Positions 1 to 7,372 of a stretch of DNA of 10,065 nt are shown here, one piece after another. The translations under genes and the position numbers were made by a program. Source of the stretch: Trichormus sp. ATA11-4-KO1 (lineage in GTDB: Bacteria > Cyanobacteriota > Cyanobacteriia > Cyanobacteriales > Nostocaceae); assembly GCA_019358915.1 (NCBI GenBank), contig JAHHIM010000072.1, positions 1 to 10,065 of the forward strand. Reading direction: 5' to 3'. Position 1 is the first letter of the stretch; the number at the start of each line of letters is the position of its first letter. The notes beneath the pieces were generated by a model that did not search any database, was not told the DNA's origin, and saw nothing but the letters and a program-made list of their open reading frames with translations.

Positions 1-125
1 AAAATATTTTTGATTTTTTTGATTGTCTCACTTTTTTGACTGGAAGTTTCTAAGTATTTTTACTCAGGTATATCTGAGAATAACTCTGTAGTTCTTTATG
101 CTACTTTTGAAGTGCGGAATGTGGG
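1..125. mobile_element. Probable terminal portion of an insertion sequence (ends GTGCGGAATGTGGG; IS1634-like end, tentative)
   Basis: 112-125 GTGCGGAATGTGGG is the reverse complement of CCCACATTCCGCAC, a 13/14 match to CCCACCTTCCGCAC at 9944-9957 where the ATPase ORF appears to break. No transposase is visible in the window. The family assignment is from recollection of cyanobacterial IS1634-type ends only. Confidence 0.45.
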
Positions 126-190
126 CTTCATCAATCTAGAATTTGCGATCGCCTGAAGTGGTTACTATGCACCATCGCTCAATAGCTGAA

Positions 191-199
191 TGCTACGAT
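191..199 (+). promoter_or_regulatory. Putative extended -10 promoter element (TGcTACGAT) for the first TA operon
   Basis: TGn-TAnnnT pattern 26 nt upstream of ATG 226. It favours 226 over 190 as the real start codon. Confidence 0.4.
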
Positions 200-225
200 C
201 AAGGAATACTAAGCCCCAACTAACT

Positions 226-564
226 ATGCAACTTGAAGACTACTTTAACTTTCTAGCTCCTGATGATATTCGCCTGAAAGGTACACGCATAGGAATTGAA
301 ACAATTTTGTTTGATTATCTGTTCCGTGCTAAAACTCCAGAAGAAATTGCCCAAACTTACACATCATTGACTTTAGAACAAGTTTATGCAACGATTCTTT
401 ACTACTTACATAATAAACAAATAGTAGATGCTTACATGAAAGATTGGTTAGAGTGGGGCGATCGCATGAGAGAAGAACAACGTCGCAACCCTAACCCAGT
501 TGTAGAAAAATTACGTAGATTAAAAGCCGAAAAAATGGCTACTTCCAGCACTCATGGCGCTTAA
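226..564 (+). CDS. DUF433-domain protein, putative antitoxin (VapB45-like)
   Basis: The stretch IRLKGTRIGIETIL...TPEEIAQTYTSLTLEQVYATILYY is typical of DUF433. The ORF overlaps the downstream PIN-like gene by 11 nt. The ORF track starts at 190, but MQLEDYF at 226 is the likelier start. Confidence 0.85.
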   Translation: MQLEDYFNFLAPDDIRLKGTRIGIETILFDYLFRAKTPEEIAQTYTSLTLEQVYATILYYLHNKQIVDAYMKDWLEWGDRMREEQRRNPNPVVEKLRRLKAEKMATSSTHGA

Positions 565-916
565 GTATCTCATAGATGAGAACGTTGATCCAATTTACAC
601 AGTTCAACTACGTCGCCTGAAACCTGATTTGTTTGTTTTGGCAATTGGAGATTTAACAACTCCAAAGAAAGGAACATTAGATCCAGAAATTTTACTTTGG
701 TGTGAAGCAAACAATTTTATTCTAGTTACCAATAATCGCAAATCTATGCCAGTTCATTTGGCAGATCATATAGCGCAAAATCATCATATACCAGGAATAT
801 TCATTCTCAGTCCAAAATTAAGCGTCGGTGAAAATCTAGAACAGTTACTGTTAATAGCCGAAGGTTCACTTGATAACGAATATCAAGACCGCATAGAGTT
901 TCTACCTTTATTTTAG
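554..916 (+). CDS. DUF5615 family PIN-like protein, putative toxin (VapC45-like)
   Basis: N-terminal YLIDENV, a central D in GTLDPEIL, and LVTNN..., H.PGI motifs typical of DUF5615. 120 aa, translationally coupled to a DUF433 gene. Confidence 0.85.
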   Translation: MALKYLIDENVDPIYTVQLRRLKPDLFVLAIGDLTTPKKGTLDPEILLWCEANNFILVTNNRKSMPVHLADHIAQNHHIPGIFILSPKLSVGENLEQLLLIAEGSLDNEYQDRIEFLPLF

Positions 917-1152
917 GAGTTGCGATCGCCCCCGGTAGGTGCTATCCAGGAAGCTTTAGACAAGGATAAATCTAGTTAAGAGACCAAAATAACTAATGGT
1001 GTTTGAGGTTATTTGAATTTTTCTGGTTTGGCTAGTTTAATATCTAAAATTTCGCTGACAACAGACTTATGAAATCAATCTAAACTTGCCACTAAAATTC
1101 AATCCTATCTTGCACAGCAAGCAACGGGAGAATATCTAAATTCTTGACAAAG

Positions 1153-1189
1153 TGAAACCCAACGCCATATTAGGTAACGCTGGGTTTCA
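1153..1189 (-). terminator. Stem-loop downstream of ycf66 (putative terminator or REP-like element)
   Basis: The minus strand reads TGAAACCCAGCG-13 nt-CGTTGGGTTTCA, a 12-bp stem with one G:U pair that only forms on the minus strand. It starts 7 nt after the ycf66 stop. Confidence 0.6.
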
Positions 1190-1195
1190 ATCCAA

Positions 1196-1921
1196 TTAAC
1201 CAGTTTGATTATTATTCGGTGGTATTTGTTCCGGTGGCGCTTCTGCTGGGGGAGCAAGTGTAGCATCCGGTGCAATTTCCTCGGCAGGAATTGGCTCTTT
1301 TTCTTCAGTCTCTGCTTGTGCTGCTTCTACTACTTCCGCAGGTGGGGGATTTGGTGGCGTTACTTCTGGTACAACCTCAGTTTTAGATTCCGTCTCGGTG
1401 GTTGCAACTTCTGCCTCTGCTGGTTGTTCTGTTGTGGGAGTAGTTTTATCGATAATTTCCACCGCAGGTTTCTCTACCAGTACAGAGGTAATATCTTCAG
1501 GTTTGGGAGTTGTGGGTTTCCTTTGTACCTTATCTTTCACACCACTCAAGGTGCTGCTAAGACTCCGTTGCACCTGAGCCAGCCTATCCTGGAGGGACAA
1601 TCTAGTTACTTGCTCCTGAATGCCAGTTTTTACCGTCTCAGGACTAGGTACTGGGGTTTGTTGTGCCTGTGGGGTTAGTTGCCGACGTAATGACAGAGTT
1701 TGCCAGCCAAACCAAACCAAAAGAGCCACACTAGCCACATGACCGAGCAAAAGACCCCCAGAAATGCGTGGTGCAAACACCCATAATACTAAGGCATAAA
1801 AAAGTCCTACACCACTCCAGATAAAATCATTCTTACGGTGGATTTCGGGAAAAAAGAAAGCTGCTATGTAAATGGCTAAACTACCAAGTCCGACCACAAA
1901 AGCTAGGACATATGCCAGCAT
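1196..1921 (-). CDS. ycf66: Ycf66 family membrane protein
   Basis: Hydrophobic N-terminus with FFFPEIHRKNDFIWSGVGLFYALVLW (Ycf66_N-like) and a Pro/Glu/Thr-rich low-complexity C-terminus. AAGGAG RBS at 1932-1937 on the minus strand. Confidence 0.85.
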   Translation of the reverse strand: MLAYVLAFVVGLGSLAIYIAAFFFPEIHRKNDFIWSGVGLFYALVLWVFAPRISGGLLLGHVASVALLVWFGWQTLSLRRQLTPQAQQTPVPSPETVKTGIQEQVTRLSLQDRLAQVQRSLSSTLSGVKDKVQRKPTTPKPEDITSVLVEKPAVEIIDKTTPTTEQPAEAEVATTETESKTEVVPEVTPPNPPPAEVVEAAQAETEEKEPIPAEEIAPDATLAPPAEAPPEQIPPNNNQTG

Positions 1922-1952
1922 TTTTTGGTTACTCCTTACTGCGTCTTTTGAT

Positions 1953-2030
1953 TAGAGGCTAGAGGTTAGAAGTTAGAGGCTAAAGGTTTAAAAGTAAGAT
2001 CCCAGTCCCTAGCCCCTAGCTCCTAGTCCC
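1953..2030. repeat. Short tandemly repeated repetitive (STRR) heptamer arrays in opposed orientation
   Basis: 1953-1987: TAGAGGC/TAGAGGT/TAGAAGT/TAGAGGC/TAAAGGT. 2001-2028: CCCAGTC/CCTAGCC/CCTAGCT/CCTAGTC. These are typical Nostocales STRRs, and the two arrays are roughly complementary. Confidence 0.8.
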
Positions 2031-2221
2031 TTTGACTATTCCAATTTTGCAAATTTTGCAACTCAATTGTCGATTTAGATACAAATTAAAACTAATTACC
2101 TATGTTAGTTGTGGATTTTTGTCGTTTATATCAACTCTTAAGGTCTTCTTTAGAAGAGAAGCGAAAATCTCGGACTACCCTAAAGATAAAAGGATCTGCA
2201 AGAGTTAGCCAAACATAGTCT

Positions 2222-3652
2222 ATGACCCTACAAAGCTTTGGTGTGATTGGTTTAGCCGTTATGGGCGAGAATATCGCTCTAAACGTTGAGCGTAATGGCT
2301 TCCCAATTGCAGTTTACAACCGGTCGAGAGAAAAAACTGATGCCTTTATGGCGCAGCGTGCGCCAGGACGGAACGTCAAAGCCGCTTTTACCTTAGAAGA
2401 GTTTGTCGCTTCATTGGAACGTCCCCGCAAAATCCTCGTGATGGTGCAAGCTGGTAAACCAGTTGATGCGGTGATTGCCCAGCTCAAACCTTTGCTAGAT
2501 GAAGGCGATATTATTATCGACGGTGGCAACTCTTGGTTTGAAGATACAGAAAGACGCACTCAGGAATTAGAACCTGCGGGACTGCGATTTCTCGGTATGG
2601 GTGTCAGTGGTGGTGAAGAAGGTGCCCTCAATGGCCCTTCACTAATGCCCGGAGGTACACCAAGTTCCTACGAATACCTGTCACCAATTTTCAACAAAAT
2701 TGCTGCCCAAGTCGATGATGGCCCTTGTGTAACTTATATTGGCCCTGGTGGTTCTGGTCACTATGTCAAAATGGTACACAATGGCATTGAGTACGGTGAT
2801 ATGCAGTTAATTGCAGAAGCCTACGACTTGCTGAAAAATGTGGCTGGATTGGATCATAAGCAGCTGCATGAAGTTTTTACCGAGTGGAACACCACCGACG
2901 AACTCAACTCGTTTTTGATTGAGATCACTGCCAACATCTTCCCCTATATTGATCCCGAAACAAAAAAACCCTTAGTTGATCTAATTGTTGACGCAGCCGG
3001 TCAAAAGGGAACTGGACGCTGGACTGTGCAGACTGCTTTGGAATTGGGAGTTGCGATTCCCACTATTACAGCAGCAGTGAATGCCCGGATTATGTCTTCT
3101 ATTAAAGAAGAGCGGGTAGCAGCATCCAAAATTTTGACAGGGCCAAGCGGCAAGTATGATGGCCAGGTCAAAGATTTTGTCAACAAGGTGCGGGATGCTC
3201 TTTATTGCTCAAAAATCTGTTCTTATGCTCAGGGTATGGCGCTGTTATCTACAGCTTCCAAAACATATAACTGGGATTTGAATCTGAGTGAGATGGCGCG
3301 GATTTGGAAAGGTGGTTGTATTATTCGCGCTGGCTTCTTGAATAAGATTAAGAAGGCTTTTAACGAAAATCCAGCATTGCCTAACCTGCTATTAGCTCCT
3401 GAATTTAAGCAAACAATTCTCGACAGACAAGCAGCTTGGCGGGAAGTGATAGCAACAGCAGCAAATCTGGGTATTCCAGTACCAGCATTTAGCGCCTCCT
3501 TAGATTATTTTGACAGCTATCGCCGCGATCGCTTGCCTCAAAACCTCACTCAAGCACAACGCGACTACTTCGGCGCACATACTTACAAGCGTCTTGACAA
3601 AGAAGGAACATTCCACACTGAGTGGGTTCCTATTGCTGAAGCTAAGAAGTAA
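2222..3652 (+). CDS. gndA: NADP-dependent 6-phosphogluconate dehydrogenase (decarboxylating)
   Basis: GVIGLAVMG Rossmann motif, YNRS, DGGNS, GVSGGEEGA, YVKMVHNGIEYGDMQ, GQKGTG, WKGGCIIRA and QAQRDYFGAHTY. 476 aa. Confidence 0.98.
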   Translation: MTLQSFGVIGLAVMGENIALNVERNGFPIAVYNRSREKTDAFMAQRAPGRNVKAAFTLEEFVASLERPRKILVMVQAGKPVDAVIAQLKPLLDEGDIIIDGGNSWFEDTERRTQELEPAGLRFLGMGVSGGEEGALNGPSLMPGGTPSSYEYLSPIFNKIAAQVDDGPCVTYIGPGGSGHYVKMVHNGIEYGDMQLIAEAYDLLKNVAGLDHKQLHEVFTEWNTTDELNSFLIEITANIFPYIDPETKKPLVDLIVDAAGQKGTGRWTVQTALELGVAIPTITAAVNARIMSSIKEERVAASKILTGPSGKYDGQVKDFVNKVRDALYCSKICSYAQGMALLSTASKTYNWDLNLSEMARIWKGGCIIRAGFLNKIKKAFNENPALPNLLLAPEFKQTILDRQAAWREVIATAANLGIPVPAFSASLDYFDSYRRDRLPQNLTQAQRDYFGAHTYKRLDKEGTFHTEWVPIAEAKK

Positions 3653-3690
3653 ACTTTCACGTCCCTAGATCGGCATATTGTGAAAGTTTA
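3650..3690. terminator. Inverted repeat overlapping the gnd stop codon
   Basis: TAAACTTTCAC (3650-3660) / GTGAAAGTTTA (3680-3690), an 11-bp perfect stem with a 19-nt loop. Confidence 0.45.
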
Positions 3691-3711
3691 GCTTGTTGAG
3701 GCTAAAGATTT

Positions 3712-3742
3712 GAGAGTGACCCTGAAACTCAGGGTCACTCTC
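3712..3742. terminator. Strong hairpin between convergent gnd and patX (likely bidirectional terminator)
   Basis: GAGAGTGACCCTGA-AAC-TCAGGGTCACTCTC, a 14-bp perfect stem. Confidence 0.7.
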
Positions 3743-3782
3743 TTCATATTGCTGAAATAAAATGAAACGCTTGCGGTACGGT

Positions 3783-3803
3783 AATTACGAATTACGAATT
3801 ACG
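3783..3803. repeat. STRR heptamer (AATTACG)x3 overlapping the patX stop codon
   Basis: AATTACG at 3783, 3790 and 3797. Confidence 0.8.
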
Positions 3804-4034
3804 AGCATTCTCGCCTGACTTTTCCATAAAATCTCTACGTCCACTACCCCGATGTGGGACTGGTCTTTCTGGTTCGCTAAATTGAGCTTGATATTGAGTT
3901 GGCACGAAGAACAACTGTTGCGAACCAGAAGGGGAAAGCAACATCTGAGATAAGCGATTTGCCTGAGATTGGCAGTTAAAAGCTAAGGAACTGAACATCA
4001 GGCTAGACACTAAAAGGGAAATTGTAGCTCGCAT
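3792..4034 (-). CDS. patX: PatX, heterocyst pattern/inhibitor peptide precursor carrying RGSGR
   Basis: 80 aa with a signal-peptide-like hydrophobic N-terminus (MRATISLLVSSLMFSSLAF) and C-terminal PERPVPHRGSGRR (RGSGR at 3837-3851). It lies downstream of an FAD-dependent oxidoreductase gene and has a DIF1 motif upstream, both characteristic of patX. Confidence 0.9.
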   Translation of the reverse strand: MRATISLLVSSLMFSSLAFNCQSQANRLSQMLLSPSGSQQLFFVPTQYQAQFSEPERPVPHRGSGRRDFMEKSGENARNS

Positions 4035-4091
4035 AACAGATGTCTACTTTTAAACTCTCTTATGTACTGCTACGGAATTTTTGGTAATGTG

Positions 4092-4097
4092 TCCGGA
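4092..4097 (-). promoter_or_regulatory. DIF1 motif (TCCGGA), -35 element of heterocyst-differentiation promoters
   Basis: Exact TCCGGA 57 nt upstream of the patX ATG, in a 101-bp intergenic region. Confidence 0.8.
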
Positions 4098-4111
4098 AAA
4101 TTGCTTGAAAA

Positions 4112-4125
4112 GTAGTGTGTTTTAC
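4112..4125. promoter_or_regulatory. Putative NtcA-binding site GTA-N8-TAC
   Basis: aGTAGTGTGTTTTACt is a perfect GTAN8TAC with palindromic A/T flanks. It lies 14 nt upstream (minus strand) of the DIF1 motif. Confidence 0.7.
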
Positions 4126-4135
4126 TGAAAATAAA

Positions 4136-5920
4136 TTACTTTAGCGATATGTCAGCAATATCTTCAGCTAGTAACCATTGACCAGAATGATTCAAGTGAC
4201 CCCAAATAGTTAGCAATTGTTCATGCACAGCAGCTTGCAACTGCTCGTCTATGTGCGATCGCCAAGTCACAAGCTGCCAAGTTTGACCATCATAGGCCGC
4301 TGGTGTATTGATAGTGAATCGGTAATCTTGCTGATTTATCCGCCGGAAAATGCCTGTGAAACAGTCGCTTTTACGTGTTGAACTTTGGGCTTTTTTTAAG
4401 TAATTATACGTGTTTAATGATGGGCAAGTATAATTGCCACTTAATGGATAAGCTTGCGGTTCATTTAAGTAATACACTTGCCAATTCAGCCATTCGGGAT
4501 TTTGAGGCGACATATCTAAGTTAAACAAAGGTATTAATGTGGCAGGAGCTTGTAAACAATTTAACAAAGCATTTTGTAATTGTTTGACAGGTAAATCTCT
4601 GGGCTGACAGTTCAACTCCACGCACATCGCCGCCGCCATTCCCGCAGCTTGACCGATACCCATGACCACAGGTTGTAATCTCGTTGCGCCATTAGCAATA
4701 TGAGATACAGAAATATTCTTTTCACACACTAATAACCCATCTGTAACGGTGGGAATCAGGCAACGGTAGGGAATGGTAAAGGGTGTACCAGTCCAACGTC
4801 CCCCCCACCGGATAGATTTGGGTTGCACTGGCAAGTTAAACCCAGGATAATGATGGTCGTTGGCATAGTTACCCACAGCAACGCTATCAGCAAACAGAGA
4901 TGCCACCCTACCCCCCGTCATTGGTAAAATATCCTGTTCTCGCACAGTAGTTAGTCCCACCAAGCGGCGACTTTCGCGATAGTAAGGATGCAATGCAAAA
5001 GCACTAGGCTGACAGGGAAAAACACCTTCAGCTAAACCATAGCGTCTACCCAAGTTTTTTTGGATAAAATGAGCAAAATTTTGGCTATGCCAGCGAGATT
5101 CTTGGAAAAATTCTTGTTTAGCTTGTTCTGACTGAATTAATCTGCCTACTCCTTCAGCATAGTCATTACCACAGATAGGCCAATTGATCATAAATCGACC
5201 CCCTGACCAGCGTCCATAATTCAAAAATTTCTCTGCACCATAAGCATCCCAAGCACCGGCAAACAACGATGCATCATAATTAGGTGCAGCTGGAATTTCT
5301 GAGGCGATCGCTTCACCAAAATCTTGCATCACCACTACCCAAGTGGGTGCTTGCACTGGATAGTTCTCTGTGAGATAATTATAATCTGCTGGGGCGCTTG
5401 GTTCTTCCCATTCAGATTGCAACTCCCAGCCCCAACGATGCGGGATCTCTGCTAAAGCCAATAAATCACCTAATTCTGTACCGTCGAGAATAATTTTGGC
5501 TGTAACAGTAAAATCTGCGAAGCGCACACCAGTAACACGATTTCCTTGTTGCAACACCTCCAAAGGCACTTGTCCTGAAATCCAATGCAGATTTGCTAAT
5601 TCCTGCACCCAATCTGCAAAAATCTCTGCACCAACACGGGGATCATAGCTAAAAAAGCTGACCCAACTATTATCTAATCCGCCTGGTTGGCGCTGGCGTA
5701 ATTCTTGTAAAAATGCCCCCCATAACCCCGTTTGGAAAGCCATTAATTCATTACCATCTGGTGCAGATACCCCAGCCGATGTGAGCATTCCCCCCAACCA
5801 AGGAAATTCACTCACCAAAATAGTTTTAGCTCCCCGTCGCGCCGCTTGGATGGCCGCTGCTGTTCCTCCAGTTCCTCCGCCAACTACTAGGACATCGGCT
5901 GTGTATGTTTGTTGTGTCAT
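4136..5920 (-). CDS. FAD-dependent oxidoreductase (FAD_oxidored family)
   Basis: N-terminal DVLVVGGGTGG dinucleotide-binding motif, LGGMLTS, DGTELGDL, PYYRESRRL and IPYRCLIP...ATRLQPVVMGIGQAAG. 594 aa. Confidence 0.9.
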   Translation of the reverse strand: MTQQTYTADVLVVGGGTGGTAAAIQAARRGAKTILVSEFPWLGGMLTSAGVSAPDGNELMAFQTGLWGAFLQELRQRQPGGLDNSWVSFFSYDPRVGAEIFADWVQELANLHWISGQVPLEVLQQGNRVTGVRFADFTVTAKIILDGTELGDLLALAEIPHRWGWELQSEWEEPSAPADYNYLTENYPVQAPTWVVVMQDFGEAIASEIPAAPNYDASLFAGAWDAYGAEKFLNYGRWSGGRFMINWPICGNDYAEGVGRLIQSEQAKQEFFQESRWHSQNFAHFIQKNLGRRYGLAEGVFPCQPSAFALHPYYRESRRLVGLTTVREQDILPMTGGRVASLFADSVAVGNYANDHHYPGFNLPVQPKSIRWGGRWTGTPFTIPYRCLIPTVTDGLLVCEKNISVSHIANGATRLQPVVMGIGQAAGMAAAMCVELNCQPRDLPVKQLQNALLNCLQAPATLIPLFNLDMSPQNPEWLNWQVYYLNEPQAYPLSGNYTCPSLNTYNYLKKAQSSTRKSDCFTGIFRRINQQDYRFTINTPAAYDGQTWQLVTWRSHIDEQLQAAVHEQLLTIWGHLNHSGQWLLAEDIADISLK

Positions 5921-5975
5921 TTTGATATAAGTCTCTAAAATAGTTGAGAAGAGGGAATGAGAGGGGATTTTTTAA

Positions 5976-6060
5976 ACGCAGAGGTGAGACAGCGCGTTGG
6001 GCGGGTTTCCCGACTTGTAGCGACTGTCGTACGCTAAGGTTAGCGCAAAGGTACGCTGAG
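5976..6060. repeat. Degenerate ACGC(A/T)(G/A)AGGT tandem array interrupted by a 43-bp hairpin element
   Basis: Removing 5986-6028 plus one GT gives ACGCAGAGGT-ACGCTAAGGT-TAGCGCAAAGGT-ACGCTGAG. Confidence 0.6.
5986..6028. mobile_element. Small dispersed repeat (SDR)-like hairpin insertion
   Basis: GC-rich GAGACAGCGCGTTGGGCGGGTTTCCCGACTTGTAGCGACTGTC with terminal stem GACAG/CTGTC and inner CGGG-TTT-CCCG. Flanked by GT at 5984-5985 and 6029-6030. Confidence 0.55.
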
Positions 6061-6138
6061 TTTTTGTTTGCGTTTTCGTTACTATGGCTATTATGTTTTG
6101 CGATCGCCTAAGTCCGCAATATTTAACAGCGATCGCAA

Positions 6139-6531
6139 TCAACTTTTACCATACTCTTGTACGAAAAAAATCTGTCCGACTGCTTTTATATTTTGCTTCA
6201 TAACCCGCAACAAACGATTCTCTAAGGTTCGACTATCCTCATCCAAAAAATCAATTATTGCCTTGACTTTCCCAGCATAATCACGATCGTGTTTAAAAAT
6301 AATCATGCCAGCATGATTTGGTGCAGTGCGATGTAGATCGATAAAATCTTGGCGATTTTCCGTAATCAAAATGCGACCTGTCGCTGTGGCGTACTGCAAA
6401 ACAACATCGTCGGGAATCCCTTGATTTGCTTGACCTGCTTCGTAGGAAGTTAATACATCGTGTCCCTCCGATCTAAGTAAGTTTACCATTGCGATGGGAA
6501 AATTTTCATTAGAGTAAAATTGTAATGCCAT
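6139..6531 (-). CDS. DUF5615 family PIN-like protein, putative toxin
   Basis: FYSNENF, LRSEGHDVLT, GIPDDVVL.YA, ILITENRQDF and HAGMI motifs. The start overlaps the upstream gene's stop (TAATG). Confidence 0.85.
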   Translation of the reverse strand: MALQFYSNENFPIAMVNLLRSEGHDVLTSYEAGQANQGIPDDVVLQYATATGRILITENRQDFIDLHRTAPNHAGMIIFKHDRDYAGKVKAIIDFLDEDSRTLENRLLRVMKQNIKAVGQIFFVQEYGKS

Positions 6532-6848
6532 TAAACTAAATCATCTTGGGCAATTTCTCGATCAATTTGTTCAGGATTTTGTTCGTAGTAATGCCAAGCT
6601 GCACTTAAATCTTCCGCAGTCAATCCAGGATAATTTGCCAATAATTCTTTATCCGGCGCACCTTGTTGACGATATGCAACCAAAGTCCATACGGGAATCC
6701 GTGTATTTCTAATTCGCGCTTGTCCCCCGCAAACTCCAGGTGTAATCTGAATCGGATTTTGCAACATTTGCACGTAATTTAATGCTTGGTCAACTAATTC
6801 ATCTGGTAAAGCTGCAATTACTTCGAGCAGTTGAGTCCTCTTATTCAT
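6531..6848 (-). CDS. DUF433-domain protein, putative antitoxin
   Basis: IQITPGVCGGQARIRNTRIPVW...ELLANYPGLTAEDLSAAWHYY is a canonical DUF433 domain, here preceded by a short helical N-terminal extension. Confidence 0.9.
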   Translation of the reverse strand: MNKRTQLLEVIAALPDELVDQALNYVQMLQNPIQITPGVCGGQARIRNTRIPVWTLVAYRQQGAPDKELLANYPGLTAEDLSAAWHYYEQNPEQIDREIAQDDLV

Positions 6849-7372
6849 GACAACAAAATCTCTCTCGCTTATTTCATCCTAACTTGAAATTTTATAGTAA
6901 TTATCTTAGCAACTGTTTTGAAGCCCAATCCAATTTCGGATAAGCGATCGCCAACACTACAACCGACCTAATAATATAGGACTAGCCCTTTCAAGGTGTT
7001 GTGTAATGGCTTGATTTGTAGTTTGCTCAAAAGAGGTGAAACTCTGTTGGGTGGAGAATAGAAATGTTGCTAGGGCAGGTGTTTGAGCGATTTATAAAAG
7101 AAAGTCCAGTTTCCGTGATGGTTCGTGGGCTTTTAGAAAAAGCGTTATGTCCCCAAATTCTGGATGAACTGTTTGAACGTAGTGCAAAACCCAGTACACT
7201 CGCGAGTTATTATTCTCCACAGTCGTCAATTTGATGAGCCTTGTCGTCTGCGGAGTCCACCCATCAGTACATGCAGCCCACCAAGCATCTGCTGAAGAAA
7301 TAGGTGTTTCAGTTACCTCGGTCTACAACAAAATCAATGGTATCGAACCGAGTATCAATGGGGAGTTAGTCA

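Larger units (their letters stand above)
145..6951. repeat. HIP1 octamers GCGATCGC (9 copies: 145, 458, 922, 3525, 4255, 5304, 6100, 6129, 6944)
   Basis: Exact octamer read at each listed start position. HIP1 is the highly iterated palindrome of cyanobacteria. No exact copy was seen after 6951. Confidence 0.95.

Noticed and set aside
88..101. NtcA-like GTA-N8-TGC near the left edge
   Set aside because: Mismatch to consensus, and it lies inside a probable IS end with no suitably placed promoter.
190..225. Longer N-terminus of the DUF433 ORF starting at 190
   Set aside because: The extension overlaps a likely -10 element. MQLEDYF at 226 looks like the natural start.
1022..1147. Protein-like reading frame (SGLASLISK...*NQSKLATKIQSYLAQQATGEYLNS*) between TA1 and ycf66
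   Set aside because: Short, has an internal stop and no recognisable family. It may be a gene remnant but this cannot be supported without a search.
1205..1678. 157-aa + strand ORF
   Set aside because: Antisense shadow of ycf66 with an implausible Cys/Trp/Phe-rich composition.
2314..3186. Minus-strand ORFs 2314-2559 and 3001-3186
   Set aside because: Antisense to the highly conserved gnd, with no independent support.
6068..6280. 70-aa + strand ORF
   Set aside because: TTG start, antisense to the DUF5615 toxin gene, no motif.
7183..7192. Programmed -1 frameshift in the transposase (GCA AAA CCC)
   Set aside because: Not a canonical X XXY YYZ slippery heptamer, and the gene carries other inactivating lesions. 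A simple 1-nt deletion is more parsimonious.
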